Source: Takakia lepidozioides | Taxonomy: Eukaryota > Plantae > Bryophyta | Length of the DNA: 64,000 nucleotides | Assembly (NCBI GenBank): GCA_030704615.1 | Contig: CM060732.1 | Coordinates: forward strand, 76,012,001 to 76,076,000 | Direction of reading: 5' to 3' | Shown: positions 27,160-41,247 of the stretch, piece by piece | How the letters are laid out: the number at the start of each line of letters is the position of its first letter | Numbering within the stretch: the first letter of the stretch is position 1 | Position numbers and translations under genes: made by a program | Notes under the pieces: generated by a model | Told to the model about the DNA's origin: nothing | Seen by the model: only the letters and a program-made list of their open reading frames with translations | Databases searched by the model: none

Positions 27160-27771
27160 TTGGATGCTGAGCCCCAGCCCGAAGAATCTTGTTCCATGCA
27201 AGTGGCTCTATATAAATTTCGGGGGACTTACACCGAGCTTGGCGCTACCCTCATTTGGAGCCGTACAGACGTCGCACCATGGAGACCCAATTCCCACCCT
27301 ACCTCCTGGAGTTTCCGCATCCTGAAGTGGCGAAGCTCTGCCCCCCATCCCGAAGATTGCGTGGAGGGAGGTACTGATACACTCTATGTTCTAGGTCTTA
27401 AACTCCATCACGACTTCCACTCAGATGGTCATTCACATCGGCAGCAACTCGCCACTCCGCTACCTTGGCTCCGTTCTTACAGCAATATCAGCAGCCTGCT
27501 GGTCACATTCCAATCTCAGATTGAGCAACAGGAAGTAAAAGCTGCCCAGGTGGCAGAACTAGCACAGAAGCTGGAAAGTTTGCAGCACAGGCAAGCTGAT
27601 TTTGAAAGGAAGGCAAAGTCAGCAAGTGCTCTCATTGACGACATTGCCAAGCATTCAACCACAAGTACAGTGGAAAACCAGGCCGCAGAGTGGGCTGCCC
27701 CCATGGAGGCTTTGCTAGCTACAACTCAGAAGACGCACGTTGAGATGGACTGGCCGACCCCTCTCAGCTAG
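27160..27771 (+). other. Coiled-coil ORF, possibly ORF1 of the downstream LINE
   Basis: FQSQIEQQEVKAAQVAELAQKLESLQHRQADFERK heptad pattern, same strand and upstream of the EN-RT ORF. Confidence 0.35.
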
Positions 27772-28329
27772 TGCCAGCACTTGGAAGGTGGACTTGGATT
27801 CCATGATGTAGCTGCCAACCACAACACCCAAGTGCTTTGGAGTTGGCAACAGATGCTGCCCCCCACCCGGCCACAACCGCTTCACTGTCCTTTTACTTCC
27901 AGGGAGCACACTCACCCCTCTTCCCTACCCTGGACACCCCCTCCCCCCTTTATGTTCACAAGATCCACTACTGTGTACATTGAACTGCCATCATTCTCTA
28001 ACTTAATGTTGTTCTGCCCCAACTGGCTCCCCGACCTCAAAGGGCATCCAACTACCCCACAGTATCTACCACACACACCCTACAGGCGCAGAGCTGTGAC
28101 TCAAGACCAGCACCTTGGGCAAGTTGCCCTCTGTCAGTCGCCACTCATGATACCACAATTCACTTACCCTGGTACAAGACTTCTCAATCTTTGTCAGCTG
28201 AGCATAGCTCCAACAATGACTCTCGTTCAAGCGAGGACAACTCTGCACTTTCAATCTCCTCTACCCCAGCTGTTCGGGCATTCCGGCTCTCTCTATTTCA
28301 AACATCTTCACCTACATGTTACTCTACCC

Positions 28330-28610
28330 ACATGATTTTACACAAAGATTTTTACTCCATGATCATATCAAATGACTTCTACCACATTTTACACAAAGAT
28401 TTCTACTCCGTGATCTTCTTCATTGATTACCACAAAATGTATTACCGCCATTTTGTTATTCTTCAACTTCCAGACATATACAATTCATATCCTATTTATC
28501 ATCGTCTCCCAGACGTATACCATCCATCTTCTGTTCGGCAACGCCTCCCAGGCGTATAGCATCCATCTTTTGTTTGTCATCATCTCCCAGACATTTATCA
28601 TCCATCCCCT
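28330..28610 (+). repeat. Short tandem repeats (a 51-bp pair, then four ~39-bp units)
   Basis: ttttacacaaagatt..tactcc.tgatc twice; ccaga(c/g)..atac.atccatc..ct.tt...tccc about four times. Confidence 0.7.
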
Positions 28611-29279
28611 ACTTGCCTTATTGCACAATTCTCATACCTTGACACATATGTCCAAAAAAATTCACTACATCCGTTCCCCAGACACCCATACCCCAAAATC
28701 CCTTACAATGGAATATCACACTCTCTCATTCAATATATTGCCTAAGTGCTCATGACACATATTTCACCCCTGAACCCTTTAGCCCACATACCATCACCTC
28801 TCATACTACTGCTAAAGTTTCATCAACCCCCGCCAGGCCTGGAACTATGTCACCCCACTCCGCAAAATCTTGCACACGGTGCCTCTCTGTCACCACCTCT
28901 TTGATGCTTGCCTGACCTCCACCCGATAGTCTTCAAAAGCAATGCTCATATCACCCCATTTTTTACACTCTATATACTATTCCCTAAATATTCGACCCTC
29001 CTCCATATCGACCCATCAAATTAATATCGTCTTGACCGTCCGCCCCGTACACTTCTTGTCCACTAGCTCCACTTCTACAAACCCCACATTCCAATCCATA
29101 CATTCCATCCACACCTCTTTTTCCCTCACCATCCCAAAATACCCTACCGAACCCACTCTGAACCCCTTGCACTCGCTATTCACCCACACGACACCCGACG
29201 TCAAAACCCCCTAAAATCCAGATATTATTACTATCACCCCCCCTGTCCCGACACCGCATACACATACACATGTATCGAG

Positions 29280-32200
29280 CTCATACTCCTAAGATGTGGT
29301 GACATCCACCCAAACACATCATCTGTCCATTGCCAATGGACCCACAAGACAAATATGCACTATATTTCCAAAGTAACACCCTCTCCCTCACACACCTGTA
29401 CCAACATCTATCTAATCACTTCCCACCCCCCATTCCATCAAAACCCAACTTATAACCCACTGCCCACATGGGAGATATCACCAGAAACCTCTCACCTCCA
29501 AACACTCCGCCCACCACCCACCATCCCACTTTACATCTTATAAACTTGTCTATGAAACACTCATATTACTCCGCTGCGACGACATCCACCTAAACCCAGG
29601 CCCAAATACCATAACTAGCATCATCAACAAGCTCTCAAAGGATCCTAAAGACAGATATGCACTATATTTCCAAACAGACATTGTCTCCCTCGTGCCTGCA
29701 TACCAACATCTTAGTGACCACTTCTCTCTCTTCCTCCCCAACCCTTCCACCAATAACCCGCAAACTCACACACCCAATTGCCACCTTTGGGCTCCCTGCC
29801 TGCGAACCCATTTCTAGTCAGTGCCACCCATAAACTTAGCACATACCCTACACAACATCTTCTATTCTCACTAATTCTCGTCATCTCTCCAATACCCTCA
29901 ATATGCAACAACTACTTTCGAACCCAACCAAACACACACATCTGTTCGCTACTACAACAATTGCATGATCTACCCCCACTACCTCACAGATATCTAGCAC
30001 CCCCACACCACCTACACAACCTCCACGAATCTCTTGACCTACTAAAAGCCAAGCCCGGAGAAGTTCATAGGATTCTCGGTGAACACCTGGCGCACACAAC
30101 TACAACCATACATGAGCTCGATACTATCACCAACAAATTCCCATTCATCTCCAAAAATATTCTCGCCGCAACCCTCCACGCCACGACAGGCATCCCTGGA
30201 TATCAACCCCCTCCCACCACACCTCCATCCACCATCCCACCCTGCATGCCCAGCTCCACCAATGACCCACCTCCAACATTCCCTAGATCCAACAGCCCCC
30301 CACACACCTCCTCCTCCCAGCCAGCACACGCACTCAACATACTCACCTGGAATGTCGGATCACTTGCCACCAGCATCCAAAGCCTTCTCCATCTAACGGA
30401 CTCTACACCCCCGCATATCATTCTATTACAAGAAACTAAACTCAGCGCACACAACCCCAACAGCTCATATATCAACAAACTCCTCCCAGCCTACTACCTG
30501 CTATATGGCAGCTCACTCACAGCCGCACAATGCCTAAACAGACGCTCCGCGCCATATCACCCTACTCGGGGAGGGGTGACTTTTGGTATCCTCCGCACAC
30601 ATCACTCCCCTAGCACCACGGTCAAAATCCATGTCGCTCTCCCCCTACGATCATATCTTCAAATCATCAAACTACACCTTCCCGCTATCCCTCCTATTAT
30701 CCTTATACACTTGTACATGTCCTCACACTGCGAAGATCTCCCCCTGATCCCTGTTATCCTGCTCACCATCTCTAAAACATTAACACAGCCTTTCACCCAC
30801 TCCCAGCACTACATTCTAGCAGGCGATTTCAACAGGGACATTGCCCTCATGGGTCACACATACAATGGTATACATAAAACTCCATCCCCTGCTGACCATG
30901 AATGGGCAAGTCTTACTCACTCACACCGTCTCCGTTATATACCCGCCGATCACCACTATTCCAGACAAGGTGGACTCAACTACTCATCGTTAAGCCTTCT
31001 TGACGGTTTCTACCTCAAGACACAAAACGACATCCCCACATACCTCAGCAGTCATGTACACATTAATAGTCTATGCAACTCAGACCATTACCCCGTGTCA
31101 GTAACCATCCCACCATCTCTCATTTCCTTTAGACCTATTCCACCCATACATGTCCCACCACCACAATCTAGAATCTTAACCCCACTTCCCACATAACATA
31201 GTCACCTTCCTAAAGCATTTCTAACCAACATCCTTACACCTTATGATACAACTCTCCGACATACTCTCCGAAGCAAACCTCGCGTAATCCCCTGACAAAG
31301 CCTGGACCAAAGCCGAGACCATACTCACAACTTCAATGAAAGAAATGACCAATAGTGTCATTGCCACCTGCTCTGCCCCCCCTGAAATCCCACAAACTAC
31401 ACGTTCAAAACAAAATGGTGGCTACCTTACCCGTACTCAAAAACGTATATGGACATCACATCTTAACACATACCCACACAATCAGGCGTGCCCTCACCAT
31501 TATACCTACCACTACCCCCATCCACCCGGGAAACAACTGGCCTTCGGATCCACGTATCACCTGCCTAAACACCTTAACAACATGTCAAGCACTTATGCCT
31601 CCACCCGCCAATCCCCAAGATATTCCTCACTGGACAGCTGCTCTCTCCAAAGTTAGAAGAGATGCCAAAAAAAACTGCTTACAATATTACCAAACAAAAA
31701 GCCGTCGACAATCACAAAAAATTTGTCTCTTCTTTTAACCGACTGCTACGCGACCATCCCAAAAAAGCTCACAAAGCCATCTTTAACCCTGCCCCCAACC
31801 CACCCATCGACTGTCTCAAACACAGGCACGGCCACTTGCTAACCAATCCAACGGACATCAACCAAGAAATATGGTCACAAGCATCCTCAACCTACACACC
31901 CATAGTTACAAACTGCTTACACCCTAGTCTCCACACTGCCAACTGCATATGTAAAGCTAAACATTATCCATGGCATGCTATAGATGGCTTCTCAATTGAC
32001 AACAGAGGATCCTCAACGGACCGCATCCTAGACTTATTTACAATTGATCTCTACGAATCATGCCTCAAAAAACTATCAAAATCTAAAGCCCCGAGCCCCG
32101 ATCTTATACCAAATGCCATACTTCAAGCATTAGACCCTCAACTACATTCCCTCATTTTTAATTTTTTTCAACTATGGTACAAACTAAAACGAATCCCACA

Positions 32201-32915
32201 CTCCTGGAAGCACAGTCGAACCATTCTACTCTTCAAAAAAGACGACCCTACAGATCTCAGTAATTATAGGCCCATAGCACTGGCCAACACCATATACAAG
32301 CTATTCACCAGCACGCTCACCACAATGCTATCAAGTTATGGCGAACAACACCAAATTCTTAGTGACCCCCAAGAAGGATTCCGAGCTACATATAGCACAA
32401 CACGACAAATACAATATGTTCTATCCGCACTCGAAGATGCTAAACTTACAAAGCAATATATTTATCTTTTATATATTGATTTTAAAAATGCCTTCGGCTC
32501 CCTAGATCATGCTAGACTACTTGCTATCATGCTTGACCTCGGTTATCCCACTGACGCTGTCCAACTAATAGGAAACATCTACATAAATAGTACTACTGAA
32601 TATTTTGGTGCATACTATGGTTCCACCCCGCCTATCCCCATCCTCCGTGGAACTATCCAAGGTGATACCTTAAGCCCCTACCTATTCATTATCTTCCTAG
32701 AACCCCTTCTCAGATGGCTAGCTCGCAGCAAGCTTGGATACCAATACAAAACCTCATCAAGTGACATCTCCGCTACAGCATATGCAGATGATTTAGCTAT
32801 CCTGACACATAAACCACAACACATAAACCGACAAGTTAACAAACTATTCAGAGTCAATTTATGGTCAGGCATGGAACTCAGCCTGCAAAAGTGTGTCATC
32901 ACAGCCGCAACACAT
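29280..32915 (+). mobile_element. APE-type non-LTR retrotransposon ORF2 (endonuclease and RT), degenerate and 3'-truncated; RTE/RTEX-like affinity uncertain
   Basis: EN: NILTWNV, IILLQET, ILAGDFN, LDGF, SDHYPV. RT: KAPSPD, YRPIALANTIYKLF, QEGFR, IDFKNAF, QGDTLSPYLF, YADDL. Confidence 0.92.
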
Positions 32916-33396
32916 GTAAATTGTGTATCTTTATGTTGTTTTCTGTTCACTGTTTTGAAGTGTGGTTCTGCACTTTGTAGAACATGTCCACTAATGTTGG
33001 TAACCAACGTGCTCTTCCTCTACAGGCTACCTGATAAATGCAACTTCTCCAGAAAAAACTGGAAGCGTGGAATCTCGGGGTTTAAGAATATTTTCTTTAC
33101 ATCCGTCTGGCAATTCCAAGAACCTTTGAAAGAATTGTTTGGACAATCTTTCTTCCTTCGTTCCACAGGGAATTTGATTCACTTCAAATTCTTTAATGGT
33201 CCAACCACCATGATCCCACCAGATGCCTGTCACATCTGGTTGTTCATGTCCCAGGTCCCCAGTATGGTCGCCAAATGTCGCGCGGCTTTTACTCACCCAT
33301 CCCTTCGCTATCCGAGGCAGAAACTCCAAGATAGAAGAGTTGGAAATCTCTAAGTACTCAGCCCGCGCAGAACAATCAGTCATGACCTACAGCTAG

Positions 33397-34853
33397 TGTA
33401 TCATGGGGGTGTTTCCTATGCGTTTCCCTTTCCGCATTCATCTTAGCTACCTTTGGCATTGATAATTAAGTATCAGTTTGCTTCATCAATCTATCGGTTT
33501 CCTTCACTCATCCATTCAATCCACAGCTTCTCTCAGATCTCTCTACACAGTGTGATTGTATCGTATAAGTATCAGATTATGATTTATCAGGTATCAGGCC
33601 GAAGCCATTATGTCTCTAATCTGCTCTCCAATATCACTATAGCTTTGCATATAACAAGCATCTACTAATCCTCTTTTCTCCTTCATCGTGCTCTCCATCT
33701 CTTGCCTCCGATCTCCGCTCCCACTCCGAAGTCCTCCTCCGAATAATGATCCCCCCCTTCATTCCCCGTTTCTCCCTTTATCCTCCTATCCGCGGTTTCT
33801 CACCGTTTCCCTCTCTAACCGTCGTCTGTGAACTAACATGTTCCCTTCACAGGTGTTGTTCCCCACAGTCGTTCCTTGTCCTACTCTTCGTTCCTTATTA
33901 TCGTGACAGCTGTGTCAAGCGGTGACTGGCTGTGTTTGGCTGTGTCGGGTTGTGACGGGCTGTGACTGGCTGTGTGGGCTGTGTCTGCTGTGACGACTGT
34001 GACGGCTGTGTGGGCTGTGTTTGCTGTGACGACTGTGACGGGCTGTGTTGGCTGTGTGGGCTGTGACGACTGTGACTGGCTATGTGGGCTGTGACGACTG
34101 TGACGACTGTGACTGGCTGTGTGGGCTGTGACGACTGTGTAGCCCCCTCTACAGTGCGCTGTGGTCACCCTAAGGCTCCTATTGGTCTCAGTCTGTGCAA
34201 AATTAAGGGTACCCTACAGATCCCGTATAAGTGTCTAAGTCCCCTACAGTCCTCTAACAGAAGTCCTCCTCCGAATGATGTCCCTCAATTCCCCGTTTCT
34301 CCCTTTATCTTCCTATCCGCGGTTCTAACCGTTTTCCTCACTAACCGTCGTCTGTGAACTAACATGTTCCCTTCGCAGGTGTTGTTCCCCACAGTCGTTC
34401 CCTGTCCTACTGTTCGTTCCCTATGATCGTGACAGCTGTGTCAAGCTGTGACTCGCTGTGTGAAACTGTGACGGGCTGTGACTGGCTGTGCGACTGTGTT
34501 TGGCTGTGTCGGGCTGTGACTGGCTGTGTGGCTGTGCCGGGCTGTGTCGGCTGTGTCTGCTGTGATGACTGTGACGGGCTGTGTTGGCTGTGTCGGCTGT
34601 GACGACTGTGACGGGCTGTGACTGGCTGTGTGGCTGTGCCGGGCTGTGTCGACTGTGTCGGCTGTGTCTGCTGTGACGACTGTAACGGGCTGTGTTGGCT
34701 GTGACGACTGTGACGACTGTGACGGCTGTGTAACCCCCTTCTACAGTGCGCTGCTGTCACCCCTAAGGCTCCTGTTGGTCTCAGTCTGTGCAAAAATTAA
34801 GGGTACCCTACAGATCCCGTATAAGTGTCTAAGTCCCCGACAGTCCTCTAACA
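33397..34853 (-). mobile_element. Probable LTR with an internal tandem duplication and (GTGAC/GGCTGT)n minisatellite
   Basis: Bounded by TGTATCA...CTAACA. 33728-34259 and 34260-34853 are tandem copies, each holding a ctgtgacgactgtg array. No TSD seen. Confidence 0.6.
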
Positions 34854-35846
34854 TTACCCCTTCCCCCCTCAAAATATTTGGCCCTTGGTCCAAACATTCT
34901 ACAGAAATTGGGAGCCCTTCAACCTTGACTCCGCGAAAATCCTCCTCAACTACAGTCAAACAAAGAAAGCAAAAGCTCAAGACTCCCCGGTTTTTGAAGT
35001 GCTACGATACTCAGTTATCTGGAACATATGGAAGGGACGATGTGCATGGATCTACAACAAGGAAAATACATCCGCAAACTGCTATTTTGACTCTTGTCTT
35101 CTTTGATCTCAAAGTAGCAGCTAAAAAAGACTGGGCTTCCTTGTGTGCAGAGGTTGTCAGGAAACCTGAGCGCCAGCCTGCACTACTCCATGCCTTCCAG
35201 ACAACTTGGGCCCACCTCGGAATCATTTGTCGCTGCACTTATGATCTCTCCTGTCTTTGGACAGAGGGCATCCCCTCCTACTGGGAAGGACACAGAGGAC
35301 TGCTCTTCAGCATCCCCAGAGTTTGAAAGATCGGAGATCAACTGGCAGCATGTCAGGTCCTCCTCAGCAACGCGCCTCTACTTCCACCGTTAGAATTCTT
35401 ATTTCTCTACTCTAATCCAATCCCCCAGTTTGGCTCACTCTTGCCTCTCTCTATCCTGCTTGCTTCTTCTTCACCATCCCCCTTCGCTACCACCCCGTTC
35501 CGTCGAACCCATGACCCTACCTCTGCCAGGCATTCTTAGGGCAACAGTCCTCTTCTAACCCTCTTCCTTCCCACTTGCTAAACTTATCACCTTAATGCTA
35601 CACTCCACCAGCATGGATAATCAGCCAGGGCTCGACCCTCTCCACACTTGGAGTTTCTAGTGATTTAATCACGTCTTATGGTGTCTTCTAGTTACAGTTA
35701 CTAGCTCTACGTTATCTAGCAAAGCCTCCTGTGTGACATGCCTTATGGCAGCCTTTGGCAACTGAGGGTTTTATTTTTTCCCTCCAATAATTATAATAAA
35801 GTTCAAGCAGGGCCTCAGACCCTTTCAAAAAGAAAAAGAAAAAAAG
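34854..35846 (+). mobile_element. 3' part of an L1-like LINE with poly(A), upstream of PLATZ copy B
   Basis: VLRYSVIWNIWKGRCAWIY resembles the plant L1 ORF2 C-terminal IW.IWK.R motif, followed by a 3' UTR and A-rich tail. Confidence 0.75.
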
Positions 35847-36068
35847 TATGGACTATTTATAGAATTTTCCTAAAAGAGGGCCAAATGCGGAAAAAGCAGA
35901 TATGGAAAATAAACGGCTTGAGATGGAAACAGCGAGCTTGATCCAGATCTGTATAAAAGGTGGCAGACTTGTGAGGCAAGCTCACTGATCTGCATTGTTA
36001 GCCTGTCCAGACTCGCTTGTTTCTTGCAAGCAAGCACGCAGCTTTGAAGCGGATTGGGAGCCATCACG

Positions 36069-37951
36069 ATGGCGGCGAGGATTTCCCCTGTTTGGATTCC
36101 ACAGTTTTTACATTCTGAATATGGGACCAGCGATTGCACAGTTTGTAAGACAACGAGGGTCTGTAGAAGTTTTTTTTGTGTTGACTGCCGTGAAGGGCAT
36201 CTCTGCCATTTGGAGTTCACTTCTCCTGCCAATGGCCACTTTGGTCACAATCGCCTGCAAACAAGGAAAGCTTCACGGAGGAACGTGGTTCGAGTTGAAG
36301 ATATCCGGACACATATGGACGTGAGTGGGATAGAGGAATACGTTATTAATGGTTTTACTGTCTATCAGCTTCTGCTTCACCGAATCCCAGAGTAAAGGCA
36401 AGCGGGTCGGCCGTCTGCAGAACATGCAAGTGGCGTCTGAAGGACGGAGGTAACAGGTTTTGCTCTTTGCAGTGCAAACTAGAAGCGAATGAGGACTGGC
36501 ACGATATTTCTGGGGTCTTGATGAAAGAAGATCAGCGTCCCTCATATAAGGGAATGAGTGCTGATATCTCGGCCCTGATCACCACTACCGAGGTTAGTCC
36601 TAGTTCTGGAACATCAAGCGCAAGGAACGATATTACTGGGGTCTTGCAGATGACAGAGGAGGGAATTCTTTTTGAAGCGATTTCAGGGACAGAATATGAA
36701 GATCGGCGTCCCTCACAACAGGGAATGAGTACCGATGCCCGGCCGGTCCTGGTCACTACCCGCGAGTTGCGTCCTAGTTCTAGCAATTCAAGCAAAAGGA
36801 GCCATGATGGCAAGCTGCTGAAGGCAGAGGAGGCCCCAGTTTCGGCAAATCTGGACATGGAGCTGGCTGTAAGGGAATTTGAGAAGAAGCTGTACGATTG
36901 CCAGGGGGTTACCCAGTGGAAGGACAATTTCCTACTGAGCAGTGGATAGCAGCATATACTCTTTGTACACTCAGCTCCGCCTACAACTGTAAAGGATCTG
37001 ACTCTCTTTTCTTTGTCTAACTAGACAAAATTTCAGGCGCTTTGCTTGGTTTGCTGTTCACAGGGAATTTACCAAAACTCCAAGGAAAACTGATTGCTCG
37101 GGATTTTGTTTCAACCGGACTCTCATCTATATCTGAATTCCAGCCAAGGCCCTATTCTTATTCCACTTCCCTCATTTACAAATTCACAGATCGATCAAGT
37201 GATCGTCACTCCTACTCTGGCCTGATTCCTTGTTCAAAAGATCTCCCTGTCAACCTATGTACTCATCTCATGCCATTCTATCTATGCACAGTACTGGACC
37301 ACGATGTCTAGTCCGCCCCTCCACCACACCGTGCATCAAAACATTCTATCACCATAGACTAGTGCAGATCGATCCTTTTTCTTCTTCTCACGACCTCTTT
37401 TTCTGCTCACCAAAAAGCACAGCACCGGCTACGTCCGGTCCGCCCAGCCACCACGCCATGCTACGCTGGTTTCCTGTCAATACAGATCTGCTCTAGATGC
37501 CTGTACACCATCATTCTTTTCTCTTCTCCACTCTTGTCATCTCCAAGCCCACTTTAAAAAAAAAAAATCCCTAATCGTGGATCTGTTCGTGAACGCGAGC
37601 CTGCTCCATTCGACCTGCAACTGTCAGTTCGGTGGTCTTCTAGCAGTCACTTGCTTCGCCAAACTGGTCGACAGGTCTCGATCTTTGTTCAAGGCACCTA
37701 ACAACAACCCTGGACCAAAGCCTGCGTTTCTCGCAGATAAGATGGCCTTGAAAATGATTCCCCAGAAGCGCACTAGATCTCCTCGACCAGGCTTTAAGAT
37801 GACAGGACGTAAGCTCTTGTGTACGAGGGAAGACCAGCAAGCCATTTGCATTCGAATTGAATCTCATGAAGAATTACCTGGACTCTGCTGTAAGACATTT
37901 TTCCTGCCAACGACACATCCTTCAAGGACTATCTTGGAAGGACATACATAG
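36069..37951 (+). pseudogene. PLATZ copy B: frameshifts, deletion and solo-LTR insertion
   Basis: Same protein as A and C. 1-bp deletion at ~36370, ~30-bp deletion at ~36922, LTR at 36988-37703. Confidence 0.88.
36988..37703 (-). mobile_element. Solo LTR (716 bp)
   Basis: TG...CA termini and 5-bp TSD ACAAC. Absent from copies A and C. The first 12 nt on the minus strand (TGTTAGGTGCCT) equal the chromovirus LTR start at 18729. Confidence 0.93.
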
Positions 37952-40900
37952 GCCTCCAGTTTAGTTCATGTACATATAACTTTCCCTTTTAAATTCGTAA
38001 CTTGGGCACTTGGAAGCAATATCTCCAACGAGTTCTACCATGTTTGTTGTCCGAACTTCTTTTGTTGCATATTCTCAATTGTGGGTACTTAGGCGAGCTG
38101 CTTTGGCAGCAGATTGATTCCAGTTGGTTGCTTCTCAACTGGTCTCAAGGGCTGCTCCCCATCATTTGTGCTCCAGATGGTAAACTGGATGTCCAGTATT
38201 AGTTTAGTGGTGTCCCTTTCCGCAAATGAAACTTTTGAAACAAAAAAAGATATTGAACAGTTGATTGGGTACTTACATGTATGTGTGAAGAAGCTTCAAT
38301 TGAAATGGTCAAGATTGGGCACCAACTTGTATCCCTGGAGAGGACATAAGTTATGTCATTCCAGGAGCCGATGGGCAACTTGTCTAGAACTCCCAACAGT
38401 TTTCCTCATATTTGTAAGCTTCAAAAGCATCTAGACATTAACAGAGAACTTCAATATGCACAAGCAGTTCTATCTAACGACGTTCCCGAATTTTGTCGAT
38501 GTCTACATTTTGATGTACTTATTGGACGTTGAGCTGCGTTCCTTCCCTTCCCTTCCCTTCCGTTGAGCAACTCCATATTATAAGCCTAATCTTAACTGAA
38601 TTTAGACCTAGATTTGCGTTGAAAATCTGAACCTTTATTTATAATTTATGAATCACACTTCAAGTGCTACATCAGATCGCAGCAGAAAGGAGCTGGCATG
38701 ACAGAGTTTGGAAGGAGCATGACTTCACGCGTACAACAGCGTTTGGCAGCCACGTAGCCTATTGTGGAAAAGAGATTAAAGAATAATATTTAGACTAACA
38801 ACGTATTCAAATGTGGATTGTGTGAATTTCAAGCCAGGCAGTCTCCGCATTACAGGTGGGTGCAGGCTGCTTCACCAAGACCAAGACTTGCTGTTTGTGG
38901 CATCACCATATTATGCTCCCTCTCTTGATATGTAGGATCACGAGGCTTGTCTCCAAATTTAGATGTGGATGTCATTGGGATAAACCTGCAGGCCCTTTCC
39001 TTTTCCTCAATCTCTTTACAACATCCACAGGAAGGTCAAAGCGTATGGGACAAAGGAGCAGAGAGGGACAAAATCAATGTGCCCATAGGAGGCCCAACCG
39101 GCGAACAACAAACTACAAACACAAAATAAAGAAATAGAATATGACCACTAACTCTGTCGATCTCAATGTGCAAGTTAAACTTATCACATGTGCCCTTCAG
39201 TCTTGACGGAATGCAGCCCGTCCTTCAGAACAGAGAGACAGCAGTGTCCGACTCCTTGGAATCAATCATAGTACTGTTTGCGGAAACAAGCTAGATTAAG
39301 AAGACAACCAAAAAAAGAGCAAGACACAAGTTCGGAGTAGGGTAGAGTAGCAGACAACTCACAATACTCTGGCTCAAGGCTCCGTGTGCCGCAGTATTGG
39401 CTTGGAAGCCAAAAGAAACTCAGCAGATTTGAGGATAATGAAGAGAGAGAACAAAGAGTATGTGACGGCCATACTTGTGTTATGATCCTTGAACAGCACC
39501 TGGAAAATGTGAGTAAAGCTCCCAACATGGGGCTAGTCACAAAAACCATGGACTTAGTCTCGTGCATATGCACCATCGTCTCAGTCCTTAAACATGCAAG
39601 TGACAAAGCCTTCATCTAACAACAGAGCTGTGGTCTCATCAATCCGAGCACACATATAGACAGGCACACGGAGCACAACAGCAATGCCGCACTTCTACGC
39701 ATGGAAGCCTATAGCGTGGCCGAAATCTCAGGTGCAGCTCCACATCTGTATACAATCATAAGGCTTGAAGAGTCTGGGCGCGCAAGCAAGGCAGTAACCC
39801 TAACATGGCACCCAAACTCTTTCCTCGGTGAGGTGGGCAGAAGCACATCGGCATTCAGATTGAAAACTGAGGGCATCACAAGTGCACAGGCAGGCCATTC
39901 TATGAAGCCTGTTGCAGCATCAGCCATTTGCTTGGGGATCAGAATCCACACGCGCTGCTGTGCTCCTCCCTCACCCTCCACCTTCACACTTTCTTTCCTA
40001 AGCAGGCCTCCTGCCTTTATACTCTAACAAATGGTGACGGGGTTAGGGTTGAGATTCGTGGATTTATTTAGAAGAATGGCAAGAGAATTCAGATTTTTAC
40101 CATCCTCCGTTGTAGCTTGAGAAGGCCAATGTATATGCAAAGCTGATGTGCGGACTCTGGCAACCACACGGCTATGGAGTCACTCTAGATATTCACAGTA
40201 TGCAACACTGGAATCCAACCCTTCTTCTGTTTGATGAGATCCTTCATAAGAAGATGTATGTGTTCAGCCACAATTGGACATGCCTTACTGGCCTGGCCTG
40301 GCTTTTCTAAACGTATTTTGGTAGGCAGATCTGCCACAACTGCCAAAAGGCCACCGGCATGAAAACCAATCTTTCTTGCGAGACAACTACCTACACAAGC
40401 AAATATTTCTCGAAAACACTTGCAAATCCTGATCTCAGAGCTGCAAACAGTGTTTAGAGCGATGATCAGTTTGGGATAATGTGGTATTGGAGAAGAGAAG
40501 GATAATTAGTGCCTAGCGCATGGATTACGATTGTAAGGGTTGTAGTTGGGTAGAAGAAATGCATGAAGCCTGGCACTGAAGAATAGAAAGCGAAGATAGT
40601 GGGTTGGTGGACAAATTGTGGAGCTTGCAAATACTGTGCATCCAAGGAAAGCTGAGATTTGACAAGAAAATACATAGACAGCTACCGGGATGTGGGTCGC
40701 GACGGGTGGGGCGCCTCGTACCGGGATGTAGGCATGCATGATTTGTGATGGAATGCTTTGCAGACTTGGATGGCACTATGCGTGGATGCACTTTTTTGGT
40801 GTGAATTCAATTGTCATAGTCACATACTCTATTGACTGAGGACATCTTTAAAAGAAGGGCAATGTAAGCAAGACACCAGGGCCCACTTCTTAGCTGATAG

Positions 40901-40980
40901 CAAGAGCAACTGTGCAGCCCAAACTTGAATTCACTTGGATCTAAGCCCGAGTTCGGGGGAGGGGTTTCTTTCTGGCTGGC

Positions 40981-41247
40981 GTGATTATAGGAGCTGCCAT
41001 GCCTAGCACATTCTCGTTTCTCAAATTCGCAAGGAATAGGGCTCCTGTCATTGCATCGTTACCAGGCAAACATGTGGTAATCACAGGTGCCTACGGCGGC
41101 ATAGACCAAGCGTTGGCAAAGAAGGCCCTTCAGGAAGGGGCATTTGTAACTTTGGTAGCTAGAAACAGCACCAAACTTGCAGATGTGGCCAACTCTCTGT
41201 TGCGGAGGTCGAGTGTAGCCCTGGACGCACTCTTGCGTATAGTTTGA
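40981..41247 (+). pseudogene. N-terminal fragment of an SDR, 3-dehydrosphinganine reductase (TSC10/KDSR)-like
   Basis: LPGKHVVITGAYGGIDQALAKKALQEGAFVTLVARNSTKL, a degenerate TGxxxGIG Rossmann motif. Confidence 0.7.

Noticed and set aside
32916-33353. Novel C-terminal domain fused to the LINE RT in the 563-aa ORF
   Set aside because: An abrupt compositional switch at ~32916 shows a rearrangement junction; the in-frame read-through is probably chance.
33900-34730. CRISPR-like array or His/Ser/Cys-rich proteins
   Set aside because: A simple minisatellite without unique spacers, in a eukaryotic context; the ORFs are repeat artefacts.
39262-40027. Membrane-protein-like ORFs in copy B
   Set aside because: In-frame stops and no motif I can assign.
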